A DNA stretch of 63,968 bases, counting the filler, from Choristocarpus tenellus KU-1152 (Eukaryota; Protista; Phaeophyceae): the NCBI GenBank assembly GCA_964200185.2. It is 11 parts of 11 records of this genome, joined end to end, with 100 filler letters (N's around TTAATTAATTAA, not from the genome) between each part and the next. Parts side by side here need not be neighbours in the genome. Positions count along the whole stretch, not along the records: positions 8,439 to 19,489 come from CAXNAD020002540.1; positions 19,590 to 25,681 come from CAXNAD020008959.1; 9 more parts are not named here. One strand, written 5' to 3'. The position numbers and the translations under genes are program-made. Below, in pieces: positions 11,876-25,579 of the stretch; the stretch's first letter is position 1; each line of letters opens with the position of its first letter. Below the pieces are notes generated by a model that saw only the letters and a list, made by a program, of their open reading frames with translations, was not told where the DNA came from and searched no databases.

Positions 11876-14800
11876 CTAAATCCGATGTAATGTAGACGGG
11901 ATTTGTGGTGATGGGAAAGAAGGTTCATAATATTGTTAAGGAATCTAAGCTTTCAAAAATCAGGAGAGGAGCATGTTTGTCCTTGTTGTGCTATAATGAA
12001 AAAAATATGACGACGTATACACTACAATGTGAGTTGTTTAGTTATGATGTTAGAACACCAATGCATACTACAGTGTTGCTTCTTCAAATTTAGTATGATT
12101 GTGAGACCATCAGTCAACTAAGCTCCACGACCACAAATTTCTTCCTTTGCAGAATCCCAAGGGAGTGGAACCAATACAAAACACACAAATTACAGAAAAC
12201 AAAGTCATTTTGCTTTCTATCAAGATCTGTATATGGCAACATCCATACCGAAATAAACTAGAGCACTTAGTTCTGTAAACCCACAGGCAGACTTGGGTGT
12301 TTTAGGAACAGAATGACCTTTGCTGGAATCGACTTTATTTCCCCTCTAGCAGAATCTTCCAACTTCCACCTCTGCTACCAGCACAGTCTAGACAAAAGGA
12401 CTTCATTCTCACCACTTCAGTTTCAATATCCAGAACTCCTTAATTCAATTGGTTCAGTACTGGACCCCTTCAGTTAGCTACCTGTGGCATTGCAAACTGA
12501 AATTGAGTTGAAATAATTCCTCTCAGCACATGGAAGTGTCCTATACAGGTGGAAGAAGTAGGAGAGAAGTGGAAGGTGTTGTGGCCAGCTGGGGACAGGG
12601 GTTGACTTGGTAAATGTTCAAGTCGGTGTGACATGAACAGAAATCACCATCACTTGTGTGGGGATATCCCTCAAGCTTCCTTTCAAGAAGTGACCATCCA
12701 AGATACTACTTACAGCAAGCAATCACCATTTGTACTGTAAACAGCTCTACCAGAGAACTTCAGGTACCTCAAAGGTCTTGACTCATGGGAAAATATCATT
12801 AGTTAATGCTGCCTCTGTATGACAGCTATCTGCACATATCTGCAAAATCTGTACTATGATCCAACAATAGACATACATGCTTGAGGGAGCAAGCTCAAGC
12901 TGCAGATACTAAATTGCTGACCAAATATATGGCACCACCTCAAAACTTAGCTCAATCAACATAATTGTCCATGGCAACAAAGTTGTTTCATACACAGGAG
13001 GGAAGGAAATGTTGCCAAAAGTTTGACATCCTGCCAGAGCCCCTACATCTGCTTTGTCAGGGTGTGCAATTTAGTCTAGACTCCATCACCCTCTGTGAAA
13101 ACATCAACCCCATTTTCAACTCAGTGACCTTGCCATTTCTACTGTACTAATAAGTGACTCTCCATTCAAGAAACTATCACCATTTTACAATGCACTCTTG
13201 TCACCAGCCCGACTAATGCCAATTTGCACTTAAAAAAAGACTTGATGAAGGGAAGACTGGAGGTCACTCCTTGCAATTCTCTACTACTCAAACAGAGAGG
13301 GAAAGCACAAAAAAGGGAGCAAACACATGGAAAACCCCCCAAAACACATACACACACAAAATGTGTAACTTGGGACATGGGGGCATAAACCCAAAATTGC
13401 ACACTCAACATGCAACCTTCTGGGAAATCAGAAAAATAACAGCATGTCTATAGAGAACATATCAAATGATCACGAGGAGGTCCAAGCGGTCTTGACAAAA
13501 ATCAACAGAACCTCCCCTTAACCTCCCTCAACAGTCCACCTGAGCAATCCACCCATTGCAGTGTCAGAACAGGAAACAGGATGGTTTCTCCAAGAGTTAT
13601 AATGCCAGGTGCGCCTGAACTCCTAATTTTTCCCAGTGCACATACCTAACGCCCTCCTCTGCATGCCATCCCACCCCCCTCTCTCCCCCCTCCCCCTCCG
13701 GGAATGCATGAGAACTGTGTATCAACTGCATGTATCAAAATCACACCTCCTCAGGCATGGTGTCCCTACCAGTGTCTTGACTACTTGTCTCCGTAGTTGG
13801 TATCGAAGGTTTTCTAATTATAAGGAAGGCGGTTAAGGAGACAGGTGGACAAGACAAATGGGGGTCAGACAAGCCACTACAACACGAAACACATTCTCAC
13901 AAGGTTGGGTTTGATTGGGTTGAGATACGTTTGGGAAGATAAGTCCTACAGCTGCATGGTTGCTGGCTGCCTGGGCATTGCCCTGCTTTGCTGCCTTGCA
14001 CATTTCATGCACCACAGTCATGCAGTCACCCCCTATCATGAAGGCACACCAACTTAACTTAAGGATGCTCACCATCCCTAACCACAAAGGTAAGGATGGT
14101 TCATGATTGATTCCAGCACATCATACTGATGAGTCTCATCCGCCTTCCTCCCTTAAGTTCAACCTGTTCATACTTTCCTTTCATGCTTCCTACAACCACA
14201 AGATCAACAGACCAGCCTCATTAAAGTTATTTGACTGCCACGACGCAGGGTACATCTTACACCTAACACTTGAATGTACCCTATGGTGTTCACGCCGCAA
14301 GATCAAGTGAGGCAATCATACTTAAGCGCACTTTCTTTAGCAGTCTGCTTCCTAGTTAAGCACTTTTGCTACACCTGGCATTAGAACCACAATACCGTAG
14401 AAGCACGGGGTGGATATCGTTAGGTGCTGGGAGTCAGCACTGAATTTTGTCTGACAGAACTGCTGCCGTTCTTGGTATGACAACATTCTTACTAGTGCGT
14501 ACAATCTACTTCATCCCCACACACTTCCTTACTGCTGTGTGCAGTCTTCCTCTCCAACCAATGCCTGACAGAAACACAGAAATGACATACATGTTGCCTA
14601 TGCATCCCCGATACTGGAGAGTATCACATCAGTGACCTTACAGTGAAAGACAACAGTCACCTAGAGGAACAGGCTAATATCATCTCAAACCATCGAAAAA
14701 AGTTTGTCGATTCCCCAAGTTCATTGAAATTCCTCACCAAAACACCATTAGTGAGATACATACACACACACAAACATATATATATATATACATACAACGT

Positions 14801-15166
14801 CAACATTGGAGGCATGCAGTAACCTAAATGCTTATTCAGTCATATCTCTGATAAACATGCCCATTCATAAGTCAGGATGTCACAATGAAGGGATGAAAAG
14901 CACGAGGGAGAACATCATTGGGTCTAATAGGAGCCAACGCCTGAACAATGCTGTACCGACTTATGAGTGAGTATCCATAAGCTGCAGGTACCACGCTCCA
15001 AGTAAGCTAATCATGATGACATTCGAGGAGACAAAAAATAGGATAGGACACGTGGAATCAACCCACAAGGTAGAGCTCCATTGAATACACCAAATACACA
15101 ATAGAGCAGGTGCAAGGAAAAAACTTGTTTGGGGGGGGCGGGGGGGAAGAAAACTGTAGCTTTTAC

Positions 15167-15896
15167 CTTGATATTATCCATGAAGGGCTCAGTCATCTGG
15201 TACTGGTCATCTGTCACATTCCACCCATTGACACAAATGGCCAGGTCCTTGGTCATGTTTCCTGCCTCTACAGTATCAATCACCGCCTTCTCCAAGTTCC
15301 TTGAGAAAACCTGCATGTACAGGTTATGTATCATTGTTTCAAAGGTGAAAACATACACCAAATGATAGAGAAACAAAGCACCCACGAATACAGTGGCAGG
15401 GAGGGGAAAACACCAAAGGTCAAACACAAGGCCATGGCATACCAGCAAGTCCTAGATCTGTCCCACATTCTCAACAAACCAGAACAAACACAATTACAAC
15501 TACGGTACAACCAAAAGGTGTTCCCTTCAACAACTAGAAAATTATATACATAACTTGATTACAGAGAAAAAAACTACAAAAGTGTACACCAGATCCCTTG
15601 AAAAGTAGGAACTCATAAAGATGGCTTCACTAAACTAAACTCAAGTCAAGTCAAGGCATGTCACTTGCAATGTCAAGAGTCAGTCAAGGAAGAAAAAACA
15701 TGAATAGCCTAGGTAACCCACCCCATCCATGCATGAGAGTAGAAATAGTGAAGTTAAGTGGAAAATTGTGGGAGGGAGATAGCTTGTCTCTGTTCCATGA
15801 CTATTCACAGCACAACCTGACTCAACCCTAAATGAACTCCAATGCCATGCCACCAACTCAAAGACTCAAACTGTCAAAGTTTACAATTGCCCCCCC

Positions 15897-15942
<46 letters not shown>

Positions 15943-15970
15943 ACAAAAAAAAAAAAAAAAAAAAACAAAA

Positions 15971-16007
<37 letters not shown>

Positions 16008-19000
16008 AAAGAAAAAAAAAAAAANNNNNNNNCCCACCCCACCCCACCCCACCCCACCCCACCCCAAATGCAAACACAAAATACAAAAAAAGGTTATTTG
16101 CAGCTTCTGTCATGCGCCATCGGTTATGAAGAGGACGTTACCTCTTCCCGCACTGTCCAAACGGGAAGAGAACTCGGTAAGCGTGTAGGATACGTTCAAA
16201 AGGCAACCTTCCGATAGGGTACACAAGGAACACAAAAAATAGTACTGCTGTAATGAGGTGGGGCTCCCATCACCCTGAGTGGCTTGTTGTCATCCAGCTT
16301 GGCACGATGTGCCAGGGCTCGAGTCCACGCAAATATGGAAGCAATAGGGTTGGTCGATGTGGGCTTACCCTTCTGGTACTCCCGCCAATGCCGAGTGACT
16401 GTGCCGTGGGCAGCCTCGGACTGTACAAATAGGGGAAATGGGGTCAATTTTCGTAAGCCTACGCGAAGTATAATGTGAATACACAGAATATCTACATAAA
16501 CCACACAATTTTCAGCGAGAAACTAGACAATACCCCAATGATTCTATGTGACCCTCTACCCTCGCTATCGCATACAAAAACGGCAGAGCCCCACAAAGCA
16601 CTACTTCACAGAAACAACAGCTCCTACCCTAGAACCAACTCAAGCTTCAAGTAAGCCTGAGATGGCCCCAAAGGATCACTTCTCTGCAAGCCCATTCGGG
16701 AACTCACACAGCAACCCCTCCACCCCCCCAAACCCACTCAGTCACCACACCTCATGTCTTCAATCAAACTGCCAAAAATTGGATAGGCAGAAAGCCAAAC
16801 GCACCTCTACAGTCCTGCCATCAGGGGCAACCAGCACACTGGTCATAAGTCCAAGAGATCCGTACCCCTGTGCCACAATATCTGACTGCACATCACCATC
16901 GTAGTTCTTGCAAGCCCACACAAATCCACCTGCCAATGGGACGAATGGGCAAAAGGGGTCGTGAGATGGAGATTACAAACTACGGACAAAGTGGTGATGG
17001 GGAGGGGTTGAGGGTGATAATACATTTAAGATTAGTCTTCCCCCACAGCACAAGGAGGGGCAACTTTAAAACAAGATTAAAACCACATACTACAGGTCAG
17101 ATAGACACCTACAATACTGCATGAGGCCCCTACACACACACCTGCAGACTTGAGGGACTGTGCCACCATGTCATCGATGAGCCGGTGAGTGTAGGTTATC
17201 CCCCTTGCCTCAAACTGCTCCTGGTATTCGTCTTCGTAGATGTCCTGGAAGATGTCCTTGAATCGCCCATCATAGCCCTGCTCGTCACAAATATGGTGAG
17301 GGGGGGGGGGGAAAGGAGAAAGTCAATCGGGTTGCAAATATGTGTATGTATAGGTTAGTTAGGCGCATGGCACGTTATCTCTTGACTATTATATATATAT
17401 ATATTATTCTAGTTCTTGAAAACACTTGAAACACACAGTTTCGCTGAAGAGTGATATGTGTGAGGGCTATAGAATATAGAATGATGGTGGTTGCTAGCAT
17501 CAATTCAATTAAAAAGGTCAACTCCGGGGAAATCTAATCAGTTCAGAAATTCAAACCACATATATATATATATATATTTAACAAATACGTACAAAAAAAT
17601 CTACTTTTTTTTTTCCAAAACCTAGTCCTGAAATTTAAATCTGATCTTTCCCACTAATTGCACAAGAGTTGTCCCTCCCTCGTAGTAATACACTCTTTAA
17701 TCACCAGGTGCTTTTTCTCAAACGTGGATGATGCGGGATGAGCATTTGTCTCAATTGAGGCATCCTTGCAGAAGAAGGGGAGACAGTTGTATCACGCCTC
17801 AGTAACGATCTATCCAGTGATGGTACCACTACAGAGTTTCAAAAGGCAATATCAAATTAAACTGTGTGATCAAATCTGCTTCAGGACAATTTACCACAGT
17901 CTAAACATACGTACCTAACACAGACGTAAGGAGGAGACATGCGTGCTCTCCCTTTGCGATCATGGCAATTGCGACGAACACAAGCCAATACTTAACCCTA
18001 ACCCCTAATCAAAAACAAGATAGAAGTACAAACCAATCAGTAACTCCTGTCAAATTACTTCGATTTTCCTGACTCAAGCAGGTGGAGTCACAACATCGCA
18101 AAGACTATCCTCCAAGTGCATCATGGCTTGTCTACCTCCCAGCATCTCCCAGCATCTCATCTACCCCCAGTTCAATCTATTTCATTCACAGTTGTTATTG
18201 TATCTGCTGACACTGATGCATAAACACCTCTCTTTGTGCAAACACTTGCATCAGATCCTTCAGATAAAGACAGACCACGCCATCCCTGATCACAAACACT
18301 CCGCATGCACTGTATATAGGAATTCCATTCTGGGGACTTCTATCCAGTGTCAAAACAGCTGAACAGAAAAACTACACACTCAAAACACCACAATTTTTTT
18401 TATTTACCTCCCAGTTCAAACCCTTCCCTTCCATTCCTTCATCTCTAGTCCCTATATATTTTGAGACTTTTGCTCATGGAAACGACACCAAATGGAGTAT
18501 TGCAGTCCAAGGTTTAATTCAGACACCATGTGCTGCAATCATATCATCAACAGAGGAAAGTTGATATTGGAGGAGGGTCAAGACAGCAGGGTTTTGTTGG
18601 TGACATCTCCCAGTACCCCTGTCAAATCAATGGGGTTTTTTTCCAAAAGGACTACAAAATAACGACACTAGACTCAGGAGTGCATTTCCTTTCTACTCTA
18701 AAAACACATTTTATAAACAAGAAAATAAGCTAACCTTTGTAGAATTAGGGATCGGAGGATACTGTACTTACTGCCTGCGCTGAAAAATAAATCAACACCC
18801 ATCGCTTGACAACCCTTGCTGGAGGAGCTTCACGATCCATCATGACCTCTCCAAAAAAAAAAATTCACCCATCTCACTCATTTGTCACACAAAAATCTCA
18901 ATTTCACTACTGGCAGCCATTTCATTTTGAAGAGGATTAAATCTCTCCAAACATTCTGTATCACTCACTGTATTTCCTTGGTTGCCTTTCCCCGTGTAGT

Positions 19001-19348
19001 CTTTTCCCCTATCATCTCTGCAGTCAATGCTCTGTACATCAGAAACACCGAAGGAACAAGACACACTGCTCAACAAACCTTTTCAACTCTAACCCTAACC
19101 CTAACCCTAAATAACCGTAACCCCCAACCACAAAATACAAAAAAACTTCACATATAAATAAAAAATAATTGTAGCAAAAAAAACAAAAAAAACAAATAGG
19201 CTACGTTAGGGCGCAGAGCTCTCTACATATAATTGTACAGTTTTGTCATGACTCTCACCTTGAGGATTGTGTTCTTGGTGGACAAGAACAGATCCCATCC
19301 CTTCCCCAGCGAGAACGTCATGCATGAACGAGCAAATGCACGAATCGA
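15167..19348 (-). CDS. IDH: NADP-dependent isocitrate dehydrogenase (partial; exons 19348-19259, 17277-17142, 16929-16805, 16420-16274, 15310-15167)
   Basis: Phase-consistent GT-AG exons encoding [86 protein letters not shown]. The 5' part runs off the contig; the last exon was not located. Confidence 0.97.
19089..19110. repeat. Interstitial telomere-like (CCCTAA)n
   Basis: ctaaccctaaccctaaccctaa inside an IDH intron. Confidence 0.7.
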
Positions 19349-19870
19349 CTGTTTTATTGAACCGAGTGTCATGACAAGGGGAGGTAGAGGACAGAAGAAA
19401 GGGTAGGGGGGGGGGGGGGGGGGGGGGGGGGGGGTAAAAAAAAAAAAAAGGGGGAGAGGGGGAAATGAAAAAATAAAAAAAAGAAGAGGNNNNNNNNNNN
19501 NNNNNNNNNNNNNNNNNNNNNNNNNNNNNNNNNTTAATTAATTAANNNNNNNNNNNNNNNNNNNNNNNNNNNNNNNNNNNNNNNNNNNNAACCCGAGGTC
19601 AGGCGGAAAGGGATACAACAAACAAGAAGGGGGAGGGGAGGGGGGGGGGGGGGGAGGAGGACATCGCCCAATACAGTGCACCGATCTCGACACAAAAGGG
19701 ACAATGATATCAATAGCGTACACTGGCTTAATTAAACCCCCTTGCACCCGTTTGAAAAATCCTGAGAGACGACTAGACCTTCAAACCAATAAATAAAATA
19801 AGTAACGGTTACCGCCCACCGTAAAAAAGAAAAGAGATTGAAGCACTCTTCCTGGATAAATCCCCTTCAC

Positions 19871-20083
19871 CTGTAGGGAGGTCGTCGTTTCTCCCCAACG
19901 ACTTCGAAGAGATCGTCGGGGAAGTAATCCGGCACTCGGAAGTCATCTAGGAGGGACTTGGACAGGTGGTTTACGTCGAAGTGACTGTCGAACACATAGA
20001 GGGGGCTGTCGTCCCTCTGACGCTCCTTGTATCTCAGGAAGTGCTTCAGTCTCACCTTTATCTCACCAAAGGAGGACAAAAAA

Positions 20084-20117
<34 letters not shown>

Positions 20118-22376
20118 CAGAATGTAAGCAAGAGCCGAGTGAGCGAAAGCAATCTTAAGAGGGTACGGGTGTAATGTATGCCCTGTTTGTCCATTTTGGG
20201 CTTGACTTCCCATGTTTTTTGGGGGGGTTTTTGAAGACATTTTTTCTACTCTGAAATGTTTAGGAGTAGGTAAAATGTATATACATTATGAAAAGGTGTA
20301 TCTGGAACATAGATATTGGCACTTCCTAACAAATCCGATAGCTAAAATTACATCAAAATCGCAACATTGGATTTTGGCCCCCAAATGGACGCGGTTCTAC
20401 CCTCAAAGACACTTTGACTCAAGTGCATATATAATATATATATATATTCTGATTAACATATACAAAAAAGAAAAAAAAACAGATATGAAGTAAAAACAAC
20501 AACAAATTAGAAGGGAACATGAACAAGTATGTACATCAAAAAAACAAAAACACTCGAACGAAACGAAAATCAACGGGATCGATAATAGAAGAGAAAAAAA
20601 AACATACAAATATTAAAAAATAAATAAGAATAGAGCGGATGCGTTGTTGCTAGGGAGGTCTATGCATTTTACCAGGCGCTTGCATCAGGCGTTCATTGTT
20701 TTATCTTGTGTGCATCTTGTCTGGTGAGGGTTGGCAGTTTGAAAATGGAAGAATTGGATAAGGGAGGTGCTCTTGCAGACAGGTACGCAAGCGAACACTA
20801 TGTCGTGTTATGTCAAAACATGGGATATCCAAAAAGATAATGTACTTGGATGGGGGCAATTGGTTGAATTGAATGTAGTTGGGTGTTGCTATTTTGCAGA
20901 GATTGGAGCGAGGGGGGGGGTTATTGCACCGGAAGGCCTAGGATATAGGTTGAAGTCTGAGTGTGGAGCCATCTTGTGATGGAGGGAGAAGAGTCAAGGT
21001 TTAGAGTAGAGTTTGAGAGTTTGAGAGAGGAGCACTTCTGAGGTCGAATTTTGGTGGGGGTGTCAAGTAGTGATTGGTTGTTGGGGTTGAGTAGGTATGG
21101 GACAGGAAAAGGAAGGGTAAGTATGTGTCTCTTGAGTGGAGTATTGTTGGGTCACAACCCTTCAGCATCACGATGAAGATTTATTGCTCTGCAATAGAAG
21201 AACAATGCTTTGCAGCCTTCCTGATGTGAAACCATGTAAGAGGCACGTGGAAATGGAACTGATCAAAAAAACGTAATAATGTTGCTTTTATCATCAATCT
21301 CTGGCATCACTCCGGTATGATGCATGAAAAAATATCCTAGGTGTATCCATTCCCAAGGAAAGACGATCCACAAAATCTCCTTTTGTTGATGGTTTCTTTT
21401 GTCTCTCTATTGGGATAGCTATCACTATGTATATGTCACAAGGGTTACAGTAGTTGCCAGAGGACTGACCTTAACGGAGTACCCATCATCGTCTTCTCCG
21501 CACTTGAGTTTGCATTCGCTGTACCTGTGGATCCACGATGTAAGTGTTGTTCTTGGTCGGTTGTGAGGACGGCGTCGAAATAAGAAGGGAGATTGCGGAC
21601 AACAAACGGTAATTGTGGGGAAGCGACCGAAATACCTTGACTGTCGTTGATACTGGTACGGTTGATACCCTATCGGCTGAAGTAATGAAGTAAAAACAAG
21701 TGGAATGATTGAGAAAGGTGTGTTCCCACCTCATGACAAGAAACGAGAGAATTAATGCAGCGGATAGGCTATCACGACATGGTTCGACTTAGGGAGAAAT
21801 TCTAATAAAGATTGGCACCCGTCCTGCTAAAAACTAACGCCACTGTCTCTTGATGCAGGTTCGGCGAGTGTCCAAGTGGTGCTGATGGAGGACCAAACAG
21901 ACCCATGCGTGGAGTCTCCCAGAACGCAGCATAGTTCACGTATTATGAAGCATCACTACAATGAATCCTCACCTTTTCCCAAGGCATTCCCATGTCCACC
22001 TTTCATCCGTTTTCCATCCCTCGTGACGAGGAATACCGCTGATCACGACTGGCACTTCACGCCTCTCGTATCGCTCCCAGAACTCGTGCGGGGGCAGGTC
22101 TTCTCGCCTCTCTCTCGATATCTTCGCCCGGGAGACTCCTTCTGCCTTTTCCCAGGCGTCATCCCCAGCAAGGGATTCAAATGCAGCAGCGGCTTGGCTA
22201 CCTTCTACTCCAAACCCCTCCCTTTCCCAGTCTCGGAGTCGTGGCCGGTGCTTCCGCTTAGCCTCCCGCATTCGTTTTTCCCATCTCTCGGGGCTAGGTG
22301 ATCGCGAGGGCGACACTCTTCTCGGAGGAGATTCTCTGATTGGGTGATTGTGATTGTCCATACCCTTGTCCATCAC
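19871..22376 (-). CDS. JMJD6: JmjC-domain protein JMJD6, 5' part (exons 22376-21973, 21524-21470, 20055-19871)
   Basis: REAKRKHRP, EFWERYE..PVVI, RWT, KLKCGEDDDGYSVK, RDDSPLYVFDS, VPDYFPDDLF..VGEKRRPPYR are JMJD6 motifs; exon phases match. Confidence 0.93.
20141..20420. mobile_element. MITE family B (in JMJD6 intron)
   Basis: GAGCGAAAG...CTTTGACTC termini; flanks GAGT/AAGT; interior matches 31156. Confidence 0.85.
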
Positions 22377-22572
22377 TACTGGTATGGTAAGGTACAGTGA
22401 TTGATGCTGAGGGCTTACTTACTTTCTGTGGCTTACATAAAACGGGGGAGGCCATTAAAAAATATATCAAGTTAATAATTTGAATTTCTTTCTCGTGTTC
22501 TTTCTCTCAGCAGGAGTGTGTGTGTGACGGGAGAGAGGGAGAGATAGAGTCCACGAAATACACCTGGTCGTG
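22377..22572. promoter_or_regulatory. Putative bidirectional promoter/5' region between JMJD6 and HOP2
   Basis: Divergent ATGs at 22376 (-) and 22573 (+). Confidence 0.45.
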
Positions 22573-25500
22573 ATGGCCAAGGACGACGACGGAAACTCCT
22601 CAGAAGAGTTCGTGGATGACGTCTCAGGAGATTGGTCTGGCGTGGATGATGAAGAGGAGGTACATGTATGTTGTCCTCCTTCGTATTATGTTGTTGGTAT
22701 TGAAGGATGAAGGTGTGCTGGTCTACGTCCCGGTTGACTCCACTGCGGTACATCTCACCTCAGCACATATGTTGTGGAAAAAAAAATTGGAATCCGCTTG
22801 ATTGTTATGGAAAAGTTGACGCAAACCTCACCTTGAGGCACCAGTCGCAATGTCTTCAGACTAGCACAAGGAGTGACGTCGGTGTCAAACTTGCAACCCC
22901 TACACAATACCTTTGGTAGATTCACGATCCCTTATTTATTTTTCGTATGCTTTGATGAATCGATCCCTCTTGGTCATTCTGTTCGCTCCTCGGTTCCCAT
23001 GACATCAGAGTGAGTCCAGTGATGCGTTTGACACTCCGCGAAAACCCGTGGGGAATGCCAAAAGGAAGAACTTGGGCAAGAAGTCGAGAGCGGGGATAGA
23101 AACCGGGAATAATTTCAGTGCTGGTAACAGTGGTGCAGGCAGTGGAAGTACAGGAAAGGGCAAGGGAAAGACCAAAGCAAGGACACCACAAGGAGGGGTT
23201 GCGTCCTCAAGGGTAGGGGGCATGAGTGAAGGCGAGGTGGCAGGAACTTCACCTGCCACCCCTGTGACTGTGGCATCTACACCTGAAGTTGTCCAGTCCA
23301 CGGGGTTGGAGGGCACTAAAAAAGGTGCTGGAAAGACAGTTCCTGTGGCCGGTGATGGAAAGGGGGGGCAGAGCGCTGGCAAAACACCAAAGGTGAGAAT
23401 TTTGTTTTCCGTTCCCTCCACATTTCCGTACCGACCTTTGCGATGTACACCATGCGCCTTTCATTGAGATGCTCATGTGATGCTCATATTGGAACTACCT
23501 GGGGTCAGTTAGTATGATGTCAAGCAGAAGTGTGACACATTTAGGCAATGGCATGACCTGGGTAACTTTACCCCATTGATGGTCACAACCTTTCGCGATC
23601 TGCTCATGGTGAAGGGGATTTTTTGCCTCGTACAATAGAGTGGCATGAAGAGAATGTGGACATTCCTATGCAAGCTAACTATCAGACAGCATGCATGAGA
23701 ACATAATGTAATATTGAATGAGGTGATGTCTTTAATCTCCATCTTTGATCCCAACTAATTCCATCTCCTATATTATAGAACCTCGTTTTCCCAATCCCCT
23801 ATTATGTACGTGCTTGCTGAATTTGACGTTTCACCCTGAGGCAGTACTAATTTCACCTTGAGGACTGATTGTAACCAAGAAGAAATCCTTGAGATCGACT
23901 CTAAAAGTCTAGTCTCAAGGCTGTCTTTTTCTCTCCACACGCCAAATGCTGACATGGAAGCTCCTGACCTTTGCAACTTGGTCATCAATGAAGGTTTGAT
24001 GTCAGGCCTTGAAGTTCATCCACAAAGCCGAAGCAATCTCGCTGTTTCTGAACTCTTCTAACTTTCCTGCTCCTTGCCCATTTACCTCCCCAATCCTAAC
24101 CTGTCCCCAACTCCAACTATTGCCCCGACACTACCACAACTCCTACTAATGTGCCGCAGGCTATTGTGAGGGATTACATGACCAAGGCAAATCGACCGTT
24201 CAGTGCAATCAACGTCTTTGACAACACTCACAAGAAAATACCCAAACGTGAGTGTAAGAGAGGCTTTCTTGCCGAGAAACTTGCGTCAAGCGGTTGTCAA
24301 AAGTAGTTGTGGTTGCACGATTGTTTCTTGATGCTCCACGGAAGAATGGGGTCCCATAGCCTAACCTAGAATGTGCATACTGTGTGGGATGAGGGAGACA
24401 CCGCTGTATGAGGACAAGGTTGAAAGGGCTGACAGTGTCACCTTTGCAATGCGTGCCCTGCTGCATTTTTTGCAGACCCTTCTTTGGACTGTCTCGTCAG
24501 GTGGGAAACAACAGTTGACATGTGCTTTGTCAATCGAATAGCAAGTACGTTCCGTGTGATAATCTTTCACCTCTCTGTATTAATTCTATTGTGAGCGCCC
24601 CAGAGCCACAATATTGCGCATGGTTTGGCCCTGGTAGCAGTGTGAATTAGGACTGTACGTTGCTGCGTTGTGTGCGCTGCTGTCATGGTATGGGCCTTGT
24701 GCTAGAGGATAGTGATGGAAGGCTCAAGGGACTGCAGGTGTAAATGAAACAGCATTATCTTTCTGCATGTGCTTCCCCCTCGAAGCACCACTTAAGGATA
24801 CATGTCACACCATTATGGATGGATATTTCATTTTTTTTCTTTTGTCCCTGAATAGTTTGTTGTTCTCGATTTGCGTTTGTTTTAGCGAAATCGAACCCAA
24901 GGGAGGGAGAGGGAGGGTGTCTCACTTGGTCTCTTTCTCCTCTGCATCCATTACTCCGTGCCAAAGTGAAGTGGGGAGAAACATGGGCTGTTGCTGTACA
25001 AGGAGAACAAAAGGGATTTTGGAGAGGGAGGCAGGGAGGGGGAGGGGGCGGGGAAGGGGGACCTGCTGGATAACGGAATAGTGAGAGTGCTTTGCTTTTT
25101 ACTATAGAGTATGCATGCTGTGTTTCCGTTTCTTTGCAGCGGTTTTTATAGACACCCGGAAGGCGATTCACATTTTGTTTGTCCTTTTGACCTGAATCAC
25201 GACTTGGAGAAATATATTCTTTTTCATTCCATTGATGTGTTACATGATGTAATGCCCTGCTCCTTTCAAATCACACAGCGAGGAGCCACTGCCTACCGCT
25301 TCCCCTTCCTTTCTCCTCTCTTGCACCATTCATCCCCCCCCCCTCCCCCCTCCCATAAGCACTCTCCTCTAACACACACACACACACACACACCCCTCAT
25401 TGATTCTTCTTTTTTTAATGCTTGTTGGGGTGGGCGGGCTTGGGTGGGGGATATGGGTGTTTTTTTTTGTTTTTGTTTTTTTTACAGTGATGGTTAGCAA

Positions 25501-25579
25501 GATTTTGGATGAGCTGGTCGCAGAGGGTACCCTGTCAATGCAAGAGTACGGCAAAGCTAAGATCTACTTCTTAAACCAG
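22573..25579 (+). CDS. HOP2: HOP2/TBPIP meiotic recombination factor, 5' part (exons 22573-22659, 23009-23392, 24160-24247, 25488-25579)
   Basis: AIVRDYMTKANRPFSAINVFDN...LMVSKILDELVAEG..MQEYGKAKIYFLNQ is the TBPIP winged helix (NRPYSA, YGKQKIYF). The upstream exons are phase-compatible but less certain. Confidence 0.88.

Noticed and set aside
10200-14100. Coding-like fragments
   Set aside because: Many stops and no recognisable motif; probably old TE debris, but unassignable.
15832-16188. Poly-Pro/poly-Lys ORFs
   Set aside because: Homopolymer C/A runs next to an N gap within an IDH intron; low-quality sequence.
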